A stretch of DNA of 64,000 bases from Hydrolagus affinis (taxonomy: Eukaryota). Below the pieces are notes generated by a model. The model saw only the letters and a list, made by a program, of their open reading frames with translations, was not told where the DNA came from and ran no database searches. The stretch spans positions 1-64,000 of the forward strand of contig JAAILG010001610.1 in the NCBI GenBank assembly GCA_012026655.1, read 5' to 3'. The position numbers were made by a program, and so were the translations under genes. Shown piece by piece: positions 11,811-24,690 of the stretch (positions are counted from its first letter, which is position 1; every line of letters starts with the position of its first letter).

Positions 11811-14206
11811 CTGAACCCATCACACCCCAATAACCTGTTCTATTATGTATCTGCAGACAGATTCCGCAGACAATCTTTCGGCTGGTGGAACTATGTGATC
11901 TCTGTATGTGATGCCAAGTCGCTTGTAAAGTGATATCTGTAGATCACTTTGTAAATCTGTAGATACATTTACTTATGGTTAATTTACAGTCAATTCAATC
12001 AAAAGATAAAATTGTTGAAACAGGCAATATTGAATGCAATGAATACACCACAATTCAATCATTTTTGCAGAGTTATTAATTTGAATTTCTCGCTTTCTTT
12101 CCTGATCTCCGCATTCTCTCTCTTTTTGCTTCTGAAGAATAACGATACCCTTGTGGTCATACACCATGGTTTGCGGAGCAAGCCTAAGGTTCACTTGTGG
12201 GTTAGAACCTGCCAATACATTTCATAAATCAGTCATTAGTACATTTGCTAATTATTTGATTTGCCTCTGAAGTTGAATTAACATAGCTCTTTGCTTCAAA
12301 GCATTGGACTCCATTCCTGGTTTAGTGGGATAAGCGGAGTTAGTCACCCTACAATTCCTCACACTCCAGTCACTCAACCAAATGGCCAACCTTGAGACGT
12401 GAGCCTTGACATTAAATAGATTCAACTCCACATGCGGAGGTAGGGGGGAGGGGCTCTAATGGTATCTGATATACCATAGAAAGAAAGAAGGAAAGTAATT
12501 CAAGGATAAGGTTGGCCAAAAAATTGTATTTTTATGTGAAAAAATGGGGCAGAAGTTTCAAATGCAAGGTTATTATATGTTGAAGCACAGATGTAAGTAA
12601 CTTCTTTGATTTGGGCAGTAAAAATCCCTGACTGGCCAGGGCTTTGGGATGTTCTCCTGACATGAAAGGTGCTTTACAAATATAATTGGTTGTTGGTGTT
12701 AATGTAAGCTCGGTACTGGAATATAGAGATTCCAATTTAACCAGCCTCAAATCAGACTAGAGAACCAAGGAATTAAAATAGTGTTGTGGCAATATCAACG
12801 TTCATCTAAACAGGCGGATGGGACATTGGATTAATGTGTCATCTGAAAGATTTCACGTCTGACAATTTATTCCCCAAAGTTGCACTGGAGTTCAAAGTCT
12901 CTGACACAGGACTTGATCCCACCACCTTATTAAAATATTAAAGGACTATTATAATCCTTCCATTTGAAATAATGCCTTTCACGGTGGGAAGGGCTTCACG
13001 GAGTAAACAATAAAGTGCGTACTTTGAAAATGAACATGTCAGCCAACCTCTGCACAGTGAGTCCCACACACTGCCCTGAAGTGAATGATCAATAGTATTG
13101 GAGGATTTTTAGCGAAGACTTTAGAGGAAACTCCCTTTGCTAACCAGAGGGGACAGTTCTACCAACTGAACCAGGCTGACATATTTGGACAGCTTTTAAA
13201 CAACTTTAATGTTTGCCCTCCATTCTGCTCAACGCAAACTGGTTCCCCTCTGTAGCATTCATGACAAGCAGTCCTTTCAATCTATGACACCCTCATGAGG
13301 GAAAATAAACCTCACAACGTGAAGCTGTTTGGATGAAAAATGAAACGGATCAAAAAGCGCATCCGAGGCAAATCAAATCACAATGGTTTGTTCATTCATC
13401 CTTCAGATTAAGGGTCAGTGGATAACCCTTCAACAAACTCCAGTAATTCTAACAATATGTCCTGTCTGATTGATTGCTGGTCACTCACCATCACCTCCTA
13501 TTTATGAAAGATAAATGAAATAAGGCCAGATTTTTCATATTACCAGCAGTCTTTCAGAAAAGCTTGTTGATGGTATTAATACAATGATATCTTTGTGAAA
13601 AACCATTGTGTTATAGGGTGAGGTAGGGTGAAAGGCACTGTGGTTGGCCTAGTGGTGTCACCAGTTGGCAAGCAACCACATTATGTACTAATGACTCTCG
13701 AGATGAATGATTTCCAACCAGAAGATGTGGGTTGTGAACGAGCATGAGAAGGATATCTGATACATTACTGATAAACTTTCACAGTATACACAGGGTGTTA
13801 GCTTTCTTGTTTTCCCACCAGATTTTGCTTATTTATAATAATCCTAATTACCATGCAGCTCCTGCGTGTAGCTGATTCAGCTCCTGAAACATCTCAAAGC
13901 GAGTCACAAGGAATTGTCGTCACGTGGTTAGTGATGGGTTTATTCGTGGGCAAACGCAGCAACCACTTTGTGCACAGCTATAGTGTGTATTATCAATTAA
14001 ACTGGGCATCTATTGGCCAACACAGTGTGAAAAAACTCCCTGCTCTTTACATAGTGTCCTGAGATCTTTGCAACATTCATCTAAAGGATGACACCTCCAA
14101 AAAGTCAGCATCCCGCAGTCTAGCCACACCAACCCCGACATGTGGCTTGAACCAACAATCTTCTAACTCGAATAGGTGACTGCTACCAGTTGAGTCTGCT
14201 TAAGGC

Positions 14207-15042
14207 AACAATAACGACAACTTGGATTTATATAGCGCCCTCCACGCCAGATGGCATCTCAGAGCGCTTCACAATAGCAGAGCCCGAGGCCGAGCCAGGG
14301 GGAGGGGGAAGCTGACCGTAGGCGCGGTCGAACAGAAAGGTCTTCAGACACGACCTGAAAATGGAAAAGGAAGTGGTGAGGTGGAGGGATTGAGGGAGGG
14401 AGTTCCAGAGTTTCGGGGCGTAGTGACTGAAAGCACAGCCGCTGATGGTGGAGTGGAGGATTCGGGGGACAGGAAGAGGCCAAATCCAGTAGAGCGGAGT
14501 CAGCGGGTACTGCTGTGAGGAGAGAGGAGGTTAGAGAAGTAGGGGGATGCAGAGGAATGGAGGGATTTAAATATAAGAGTGAGGCTCTTGAAGTCAATCC
14601 TCTCTGTGACAGAGCCAGTGAAGTGTGGTGAGGACCAGGGTAATCAGAGAGTGAAGTTTGGTTCAGGTGAGAATGCAGGTGGCGGACTTCTGTATGAGCT
14701 GGAATTTGCTATGGTGGTGGAGGGGAGACCGTGAGGAGGCTGTTGGAATTGTACAGCCAAGGATGGCTGTACAGGATGTAGATAAGGAAGAGTAGGGGGC
14801 CAAAGATGGCTCCTTGGGGTACACCGCTGGTGACCGGGCGAAAGCAAGAGGAAAAGCTGCTGGCAGACATGTACTGCTGGCAGTTTGTGAGGTAGGACTT
14901 GAACCAAGCGAGTGCGATCCCACTGAGGTGGACAGGCGGTGGAGGAGGATGGTGTGATCGACTGTCTCGAAGGCAGCGGGGAGGTCCAGGAGGACAAGGA
15001 GGCAGAGGGAGCCCTGGTCACAGATAGAGAGGACATCATCCT
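14207..15042 (-). mobile_element. L2-clade LINE fragment (family B), internally deleted
   Basis: Minus strand has LVLLDLPAAFETVDH and GVPQGAIFGPLLF-like RT segments; its 3' end GCGCTCTGAGATGCCATCTGGCGTGGAGGGCGC...GTTG matches the copy ending at 50569. Confidence 0.85.
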
Positions 15043-15178
15043 CTGAAGTACAAGTGCTACCAACTGAGTCAAGCTCAAATAATCACTGCATATAACAATA
15101 ATTACCAGTGAGAAATGCTTTGAGAGTGGCATTCTAGGCAATGTAAAAATACATGTCCATTCTTTATTTACTGAAGTT

Positions 15179-15393
15179 CAATAAAAGCTTGTTTATCCGG
15201 CACCCTCGGGACCTGGCCAATGCCAGTCAAAGCACCTGCCGGATATTCGGCCGAAAACGAAAAAAAAACATTATTTTTTTTCAATGCATTTTTCCAGATA
15301 AATTCCGGTTAATTGAATGCGGACCTTTTCTTTGCAATGCCGGTTATACGGAAGTTATGTTTGATCGGGTGCCGGATAAACACGCTTTTACTG
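15179..15393. mobile_element. Tc1/mariner (Tigger/pogo-like) MITE
   Basis: 27-bp terminal inverted repeats CAATAAAAGCTTGTTTATCCGGCACCC / GGGTGCCGGATAAACACGCTTTTACTG (25/27 match), TA on the right flank, no coding capacity. Confidence 0.85.
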
Positions 15394-15490
15394 TACTGAA
15401 CATCTTCTGTGTCACTACTAGTTAGACTGGTCCAGCCTGTCAGTCTCACCAGCCCAGGCACTCATTTGTCTTCTGTTGGTCTTATTTCAG

Positions 15491-15582
15491 GTTCATGAGT
15501 ACCTAAGAAGCAAGCTGTGTTCCCTATATGAAAACGACTGCATCTTTGACAAGTTTGAATGTGTTTGGAATGGCTCTGACAG
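15491..15582 (+). CDS. PPP2R2B: PPP2R2B penultimate coding exon (92 bp)
   Basis: tatttcag| acceptor and AG|gtgggt donor; encodes [30 protein letters not shown](S), in frame with both flanking exons. Too short for the ORF track. Confidence 0.96.
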
Positions 15583-16139
15583 GTGGGTGATGCTTTTCAT
15601 CTCTTCTTCCCTTCAAATTCGTAAGCATTAGACTAGTAAACCCATTATCAATTTTTGTCTGTGAACGCTTCATTAATTTATCTTTCAGCAGCTGTAGCAT
15701 ACAACTCTGTGAAGATCCGTGTAGAGTTAATTTATTTATTTATTTATTTAAATGTTAGAACTTACTGGTTTATTCTGAAATGCTGTGAACAGGAGCTTGT
15801 ATTTTAGAATCACCCTCAGGATGTGAAAAGGCTGCTTGTACTCTCGGTGGCATAGATAATAGGATTCTGGAAACTGGTTGCTACAAATTCAGGTCTGATA
15901 TATTAGACATGTAGGGATGTGATGTCAGTGTTAGCTGTGCATGGATCATTCTCTCACAACTCCCATCATGTAGGTTTACTGTGCAGTGTGTGTAAACTCA
16001 AGTGTACAGAGTTCATTTACATTTAGGTGCTCATAATTGAGTTATTAGTCAATGAAAATAGATACACAATTAATAAATCCTTAATTGTTATCACTCAATA
16101 TCTGATAATAATAATAATAATAAAGCTTGCTTTTTAATG

Positions 16140-16451
16140 TAGTACACACCTTTGTTATCCGGAACCCGGGAGTGCCGATTAATCAAATATGCCAGATATT
16201 TGAGTGGCAAGTTGCCAAAAATCCAACAACATTTTTTAAACTTATTTTAAAATATACCATATTAATAATAGATTAAATAATACTTACCAATAAAGCATTC
16301 CAGCGTTCGGTAAGTTTAATAAGTGCACATGCGCAAAGTGAGCATACCGCGAGTGTCTCGGATGGCTACGGTGTGAGATCCGGTTGCTGGAATGGTGAAT
16401 TGCATTGGGAGAAACCGGTTGGTTGGGTACCGGATAAATAAGGTTTTACTG
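16140..16451. mobile_element. Tigger/pogo-like MITE related to the 15179 element
   Basis: Imperfect TIRs TAGTACACACCTTTGTTATCCGGAACCC / GGGTACCGGATAAATAAGGTTTTACTG followed by TA; shares the TTATCCGG.ACCC core. Confidence 0.75.
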
Positions 16452-17157
16452 TAGCAGTAATGTTGAAATTTGTCAAAGTGCTTCACAGGAAATTGCTGAC
16501 CAGCCTGCGTCACACCCACTGCCCCAATATCAGCAATTTCAGCATTTTGCCCACAAATATACAGTATATTCTGTAAAGCACTTTGAAATATCATGAAGAT
16601 GTGAAAAGCACCATATCAAACGCAATGATGATTTATTATTATTATGTGCCCCCAAACGCTGGACTCCATCCTTTGACTCTTTGACTTGCTTCTTCCCTTG
16701 ACTCCTTCAAGGTCTGTCTCAAGACGTTCCAGGCTTTGAGCCATCTTTCCCCTTTCGCCTTCTACCTCTCAGTTCTCATTAATTTATCATTCAGCAGCTA
16801 TAGTTTGTAACAACACTTTGAAGATCCGTGTATGAGTGCATGGGTACTCACCCCGGGCAATCCAGCAACTCCCACAATATATCAGTGTAAATTTGTACTG
16901 TATTGTTAGAAAATATAAGCAAGAACCGACTTCCAAATTAAGACAGAATTCAAGATTTTTTTGAAAATTCTGCACAATCCTAGGTTATCGTTCCAAAATA
17001 AACATCATGAGGAATTTGGGGTTGAGCCCTTCAATTCAATCACTGTCACTGACTACAGTGTTTTGTTCAGGCACTGCCTGCTGCCACCCATCATCTGTTT
17101 ATTCACTGCACAGACACTGTGTGCTAAACACTCACCCTGTGTGTATCTGCTTTCCAG

Positions 17158-17437
17158 TGTGATCATGACGGGCTCTTACAACAACTTCTTTCGAATGTTT
17201 GACCGTAACACAAAGAGGGATGTGACTCTGGAAGCCTCCCGGGAGAACAGCAAACCCCGAGCCATCCTGAAGCCTCGCAAAGTGTGCATGGGCGGGAAGA
17301 GGAAGAAAGACGAGATCAGTGTCGACAGTTTGGACTTCAGTAAGAAGATTCTGCACACGGCCTGGCATCCCTCAGAGAACATCATTGCAGTGGCAGCCAC
17401 CAACAACCTTTATATATTCCAGGACAAAGTGAACTAG
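17158..17437 (+). CDS. PPP2R2B: PPP2R2B last coding exon
   Basis: tttccag| acceptor; [42 protein letters not shown]...[13 protein letters not shown]. The sequence is beta-paralog-like and synteny with GPR151/TCERG1 supports PPP2R2B. Confidence 0.95.
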
Positions 17438-20400
17438 GACACTCGGATGGCTGGTCATTGCATACAACTAAATTATTATTATTTTTAACAAATACACTTG
17501 CCCCTCTGGAATTAAAACTAAAAGGTTGTTTGGTTCTCCTATTTTCTCTGTCTTAATGAAGATGTGATGCCTTTAGGATTTCTTTGATCTTTAGCTCCCA
17601 CAATGCATCCTAACCAGACCAAAATGGCTTCCCTCTCCAAGGCACCATCTTTATCTTATCCTTGCATTCTGGCTTCGAAAGCTGTAAATATTCCTGTATT
17701 GTCTTTACATGGGACTTTTCTCTTTGTTTTCCTTTCCTTTTAGTAATGGAGAGAACCTCTGTGTTTAAAAGAAAAAGTTTTGTTCTTCGATTTGTTAATG
17801 CCTTTCACATTTTGCTCCCCTCAGAATAATTATATTTGCACCAATTGTCTCACTCCAGTGCGTGACATATTAGAGCCTCTGTTTATATTTTTACTTTATT
17901 TTTTATTTTCATGAAACTTCCTGTTTTTGTGGACACCAGGGATTGGAAACGCATTTGTGCATTCGTCAGCATAAAGATAACGAATGGTGTTTATTGAATC
18001 AGGAAATTTTCAACACAATTCCACTAACAAAACTTCTCACTTGTGAAATGATACGAGCAGTTTTGTAGCTCAGTGTATTAACGAATTAATTACTTGCATT
18101 GTTGAACAAGCAAACTAGAAATATTTAAGTTGACTATAACTAATGCCAATTTAAAAATGTAATGTAGATTTTTAAAGCCCCAAGACTGTTGGGCTTGTGT
18201 AGGTAGCTTTTTCAAGTTTTTTCATCTAATATTGGAGTAATTGAAGGTAATAATGGAACAATTCTTAGGCTTAATTATACCCTATTTCTGTCAGACTTCA
18301 AAATTGTCTTTTTTTTGGATAGAAAGTGACATTGCGGTATGTGGTGTGAATGATTTCTTTGATCCGTCTTGACACTTCCAGAAGATTCATTGAGTTTGGT
18401 CCTTGATAGTATTTTGAAGAGTTAAGTGTAAAGATGGGTACTTTGCATTTCTGGTATAACAGAACCACTGCCCACGATATTAACTTAGATTGCTGCCCAC
18501 AGGGCACGCCAGCCTGTCCATATTGACGTTAAGCTCAGTTGGAGGAGTTAAAGACACAGTATGATCACTTACTGCCCTTAGTCTTGAAAACAGTCCATCA
18601 TGAACCTTGATCTTTCACTTGACCCACAAATTCCTGTAAAATTCTTGTTATTTAAATAGATTTTAGCCAATTAGAGAATTATGTCTTCTGATATTTTCAT
18701 TATTTTTTTTAGAAGAAAAACTTTTTTTAAAACATAAAGCTGCTAATATTTTTAAGGTTTTAGGTATGTTTACAGGTATGTTGCATCAAGAAAAAAAAAC
18801 TCCTCCATGGCAACAGACTTTAACATGAAGGAGATTTTTAGGAAAAAGATTCAAGAATTTTTCCATAAGCCATTTAGTAAATTTGGTAAATTATAAAAAG
18901 TCTGAAAGTTAATATTTAGGCAGGACATTTGCCTGGCTACAGTATGAAGCTACATTTTATTCCCCAAAGAATTGAACCAACACTGGTGGCATGTCCAATT
19001 AATGTGTTCAGATAGCATTACTGCTAAAGATAAAACGAATACATCATTTTTTTAATCAATTAACAGCACAAACAAATATTAATGGCTTGTGCGATGGGGA
19101 TTTGCATCTCTTTCAAATTAATTTGCTGTTCTACATTTTTCAATGTGTCCACGGAAAGTGGTCTTGCCAGTCATCCGAAGACGCTGTAAAAAGCTCCACA
19201 TGGTACCAATGGCTCAATTCATCTGGTGTGACGTGTGCACCCATCCACAGGGTTCATTTGCATAAAAAGCATTTTCGGTAACTGTCACAAATAAGCTTAA
19301 CACTTTGAGGATTGGCAGCACCCAAAACAACACCCAATGCAAGGTTCAATCTGTGACTTTGATAATTTAATAAATATCCAAAAGGTTCTGTGCGTTTTAT
19401 CTACTGATTGGTGTTTACACACACCGTTGAGCTCATCAACAAACATTGGATTGCATTTAAAACTAAGCACTTTCTACCATACTGAGAGTAATGCCTTTCC
19501 GTTAGTTAGCGAGCTGAGCGCTGGCTCAAGCTGATGCGCGGTCATTTCAAGTTGAAGCGTTACTCAAAAATATTGCATTTGCTGTAAAAGAGGATGCATG
19601 ATTTTTAAAAAAATGTCAGATCCCATAATCTTTCAACCAGGTGTAATTGTAGCAATGAGACAGGTACTACTATGGTGAGCTGTTGGGTTCTGTCCGGTGC
19701 CCACACCGTCTTTGGCATGGCTTTTAAAGAAAGTACCTCTACTTGTAAACCTCCTTGTCCATTATTGTTTAACAGTCAATATAAAATAGCTGTATTTAAG
19801 TGCTATTTTAAAGGAGGATTTCACATATAATTCTCAATCCATAGAAGATGAATTATGTTTGCTTAAGATAAATGTAAATATAGTTCAGAGTGGACCAGAG
19901 TAGAATGTATATTTTAATAAGGCTTTAGTGAATGATGCCCCCAATATTATGATGCAATTGGAGATCTCGTGCTCTAATGACTCTATTCTCCTCTGGAACT
20001 TTGTTGGCTTTTTCTTCTGCTATTCCCAGGATAAAACATGTGTGATCATTCACTAATGCTTTATTCGGGGGAAAAAAAAACAGCCATTTGATACAACAGA
20101 TGTGTATTTATCAGTTGAAAAACGTCTTTCAATGGTTAATGAATCTGCCTGTCAAATGCTCCCTGATCTGATTAATTATTGGTTGAACAAATTACTTAAC
20201 AAAAGTGTAACTATTATTTTAATTGAATTGTTCGAAATGACATGGAACATTGTGCAATGTTGATTTCTAAGATACGCAGCCCAGAGTGGTTGGCAGAGAG
20301 TAATTGAATACCAAATACAGTGAAGGTCAAGAGGTGATTTTGAGCTTGTTTAGCAATCCCTGCATAATGACAGCCTCTATTATTTGGACACTGGATCCTG

Positions 20401-21075
20401 CGAAAGGGCATTAAGTGTAACCTGAGTCTGGTCAGCCCAGAAATAAAAGGGTTAATGTTGCGGTATTTCTTCATGGTATTTCTTGATGGATTTCTTTAAA
20501 TAAGAAATGAAATGTTAGTTGAAGCAATGTTCTTACAAGCCGGCCTCACTGACTTCAAAATTTCTTAATAAACCTACTGAATACCGCAAAAATCAACCTC
20601 AAGGTCCCTGTCTTAACTACCCACGGTCTAATTATTGGGTTAGAAATCAGTGTTTGTTTTTAATGCCATAGTTGTTTTATAAATGTATGACAAAAGAGGG
20701 TGAGGGTAGGGAAATCTATGTCAGTATTTTTCTCTTTTTTTAAAAAAGTGAAATTGGAGTAAATATTCTGTAATGTACCACAACATTTTTATTGCATGTA
20801 TCTATCTGCCAGGCCTTGGGAAGGGAGAATGGGAAGGATCCAGAGTAAGGTACCACCCAGAGCTGTAGGATACGCTGCAGCTGTTTTGTGTTGGGGGCTT
20901 AACTGACTGGTTCAAAGTGCTTTCGATAAAGGGGAGTGGGAGGGGGGGGGGGGAATGGGAGGATGGGCTGGTGCTTTGTTGTAATGGGTCGAACGATTTG
21001 ACTGGTGTACCTTCGTCTCTGTTAATGTCTGCTTTTTTTTCTTAAAGAATAAACTGTTTGCAGTCAAGGCTGCTT
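17438..21075 (+). other. PPP2R2B: Putative long PPP2R2B 3' UTR
   Basis: About 3.6 kb, AT-rich and free of recognisable transposons, unlike the flanks. AATAAA at 19369, 20442, 20567 and 21048; PUM-type TGTAAATA at 17683 and 19873. The end point is inferred. Confidence 0.5.
21048..21053 (+). terminator. Candidate distal polyadenylation signal of PPP2R2B
   Basis: AATAAA preceded by a U-rich tract and followed by GT/T-rich sequence, just before transposon remnants resume. Confidence 0.45.
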
Positions 21076-21254
21076 CATGAAACCTGAGAGTCCAGAATGT
21101 TCCTTTGTTTACATTCAGTGTAACACGCAAAAGACTTTACAGTTTGGTATAAGCATCTGTCAGGTCAGGAGGAAAGCACAAGCACTTGACAGGATTTACT
21201 GTGATAGTGTGTCTTGTGGGTTAATATGGCAGCGAATTAATGCACAGCCATGAA

Positions 21255-21530
21255 GTGAATGACAAATTATATTTGGGGATTGTTGGCCAGGACACCAGCA
21301 GGGGCTCCTTTCGCTTTGAACAGCATTGGGATCTTTAATGTCCACCTCAACAGGTAGACCGCAGTTTAACGTCTCTGAAGGATGGCACCACAAACAATGC
21401 AGCACATTCCCAGCACTGTATTGGAGTGTTAGCTTAAACTACCTTAAAGTTCCGAGTCCCGGTATGGGGCTTGAACCTACAATAAATGATTCAGAGGTAA
21501 GAAAAATACCGAGTCAGGCAGACGCATCAT
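21255..21530 (-). mobile_element. Old DeuSINE (SacSINE1/AmnSINE1-like) remnant
   Basis: GGGATCTTTAATGTCCACCT...GTTTAACGTCTC..GAAGGATGGCACC...TGCAGCAC matches the reverse Deu-domain consensus as I recall it; it recurs at 22820 and 37240. Confidence 0.65.
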
Positions 21531-22589
21531 TTAGGTCAGCAGGTGAAGGGGCCATATCAAAAAAATATTGTCAATTGTGAATTTTACAAACATATTTAGA
21601 TTTCAAATTGATATACGTTTTAAGTGACTTTGTCTTAGAGAGGAATCAAATCTTTCTTTTCAAAAATGTACTTTTACCAGGATTAAACAGTGAATTCCAG
21701 TTTACTGGTACATTTGTCCTAGAAGAAGCAAGGTTCAGGGCATCCCTAACTCTGATTTGACACAATTAAAGATCCCTGCAGAGTTAACAAAGGTGACAAA
21801 TCCCTTTGAAACAAAGACTAATTTAAGGTTCAGGAATCTGACCTTTTCAGAGTATTGCAACACAGAACCAAGTAAACCATTCCATCCAATAAAACAAAGT
21901 CAAAACTGGTCAAATTATCACAGTCTGTTTTCTATCCCAGCATAGTTGTCATGCAGAATAATAGCTGCTCAAGTTGGTACAGTCTAAAAGCCATTCACGC
22001 CAGGACAACATTCACAAGATGTGGCTAAATTTGATTAAATGGATTATTACAACAACAAACAACAACAAAATTACATTTGTATCGAGCCTTTCACGTCAGG
22101 AGGCCGTCCCAAGCCGTTGAATTACAAGAAGCATTTTCAAGAAAAATGCTCCAAATGCACTTTTGAGCATTAACTCATACATATTCATAAACAAGTCAAC
22201 TAATTACACACCGCGTTTCAATTTATGTAAAGGACAGTTGCACAAATCAAAGCAAGTATGAGCTAATGTCAAGGTAGTGAGAGCTTTCCAGAAAATTATT
22301 CCAAGTTGCAAACACTTGTCTTTTGAGTGCTACCAATTAACCTGAAGGCTGCGAGACTCTATATTCAATTTTAAACAGAAAGCCTTTGTTTTACACAGAT
22401 TAATGGAAGCAGACTTAAGTATGTCAGTGGTGCCATCCTTCAGATGAGACATTAAAACCAAGGTCCTGATATAGGGTCAGGCAAACATCTCAAATAAATT
22501 TGGCGGTAGAGTCAAAAACTAGTGTCAGTAAATTAAAGCGGGAATTGGATAATTATCTGCTGATTAATTCATTTCAGGAGTTACAAAAT

Positions 22590-23030
22590 AATAATAATAA
22601 TCCTTGCATTTAGTTAATTTAAGCGCCTTATCAGGTTGGAAAGATGTCTCGAAGCGCTTCACAAAACTTACTGTGAAATGGAGTGACTGTATATTTATAG
22701 GAAAATGTAGCAGCACAATTATACACAGCAATGTCACACAAAATGAACACGAATGACCAATTTTATTTAGGAAACTGTTTGCCAGGAAACTGGAAGAAAT
22801 TCCCTTCTCTATTCGAAGAATGCCATGGAATCTTTAATGTCCACCTGAGCAGAGAGCCAGGACCTCGGTTGTAACATCTCACCTGAAGGATGTCACCTCT
22901 GGCAATGCAGCACACACCTAGCTCTGGGTTGGAGTGTCAGCTTAGATGATGCGAGTTCAAATTGCAACGTGGGATTTGACTCCACAGCCTTCAAACTCAA
23001 GATAGTTCTACACTGAGCCAAACTGATACA
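22590..23030 (-). mobile_element. Near full-length DeuSINE-like element with (ATT)n tail
   Basis: (AAT)n tail at 22590, Deu-like domain at 22820-22920 (GGAATCTTTAATGTCCACCTGAGCAGAG...GGACCTCGGTT), tRNA-like head ending near 23025. Confidence 0.7.
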
Positions 23031-24179
23031 CGATAGAGCAGTATAGGGTTTCATAAAACATCTCCCTCCTGAGAAATCATTCCAAAAATAATTCAAAACA
23101 TTCAGTCGTCTACAAACTACAGCTCAGATTTCCCAGGCCTGATTTGTCTGAGCGAAATAAATGGCTTAATTATTGATTTGGGAGCTTTATGTAGGTACAG
23201 TGATCAATACAAGACTATGTATTTGTCTGTGTGCTCAACAGAACCAGATGAAAATAAGAAACTAAATTTTTTTTCTATCCTTGGTCAAATAATACTGCGC
23301 ATTTTCAGAGTAAGTACAGCCCATGTTATTTGCAAAGTTGACTTCATTGTTTGTTGTCCTGACAACTCCAACCTCCCACGAGTAATTTTTACAGCACATT
23401 TTGCTCCATCTCACACATGCTATCCTGATGATACCTTAGAGCGAGACTGCCTAGTGGTGCTGAAATGAGGATGATGATCTTGACCATATAAACATCATTT
23501 CACGTCCCTTAACATTCATCACAAGAAGGAAGAACTTGCATTTGAAAAGCTTTTAGCCCACATCCTCTCCAACATGTTAGATGTGTGCCAAGATCCCAGA
23601 GAAGTGCTTGTACTATGCTACAATATAGCACAGTACAATATTTTTTACTCAATATTTACTGAAGCAAAAATTAATACTTAGTGAATCAAATCCAGGTCCT
23701 CTCGCTTGCGAGGTGAATTCTCTAACTACTAAGCTTCAGGACTCTATTATGTTACGTATTATATGTTACATATAAAAATAATAAATACATGATATAGAGG
23801 ATGTCTCACAACACAAACCTCCCAAGCATATATGATGTATAATGGCTATATATTTTGTAGGTGAATGTGGCAGCAATTTTGACCACAACAATGTCACACA
23901 GACAGTCGTGAAGTTATTTGAGGGATTGTTCGCTAGGCTACCGAGAGAATTAAATGCTACTTTATTCTACAGCAAAATATGTAAAACAAGTTGTTTTTTA
24001 AGACCACTTATGGATATATTTCTACATTTAGCCCCTTTGATAGAGGTTTTAGTTTTATCTGTTCGAATGAGCTTTATATACGAAAAGTAGCATTTCCATT
24101 CTTGCAGTTAGAGTTGCATTTAGTCTACAGAGTAGTGGAGTTTAACGATGAAACATCCATTAAAAAAACACTCAATTGA

Positions 24180-24540
24180 CTGGATATTCATAAAGTAACA
24201 GGACCAGATGGAACCTCTCCAAGAGTACTTAATCAAATGAGGGCAGGAGATGGGAAGTGTGGCTAAAATATATTGCAGCTCATTAAATACAGGAAGAGTA
24301 GCAGATGATTGGAAAATAGTCAAAATTGTTCCAAATTCAGATTGATTCACTGAATGTCTTCAGTAGCAAATAAAAACGCTGAGTCTTGTATAAAGCAAGC
24401 AGTTTAAAACATTTAAATATTATAGTACCTGGCCTTCGACAGGCAGACAAACACTTTGCAATTATTGAAGATGCAACAGAGATGGATAAGGCAATATGAT
24501 GCACATTGGATATTTAGACTTTCAGAAAGCATCAGAAAAA
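24180..24540 (+). mobile_element. Degenerate CR1 RT fragment
   Basis: GPDG..PRVL, SLNTGRVADDWKIVKIVP and downstream DFQKA-like remnants. Confidence 0.6.
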
Positions 24541-24616
24541 GCAGTTCACTAGAGCCATGTATAGGAACAAGAGAGAGTTGTTCAGGTTTGACACTGAATA
24601 CTGTGGAGGGCAATAG

Positions 24617-24690
24617 CAACAACAACAACAACAACAAATTACATTTATAGAGCGCCTTTCACGTCGGGAGGACGTCCCAAGGCGCTGAAC
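24617..24690 (-). mobile_element. Tail-only L2 family A insertion (stem-loop plus TTG tail)
   Basis: Near-identical to the last ~70 bp of the copies at 1490-1559 and 47169-47240, with nothing further upstream. Confidence 0.85.
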
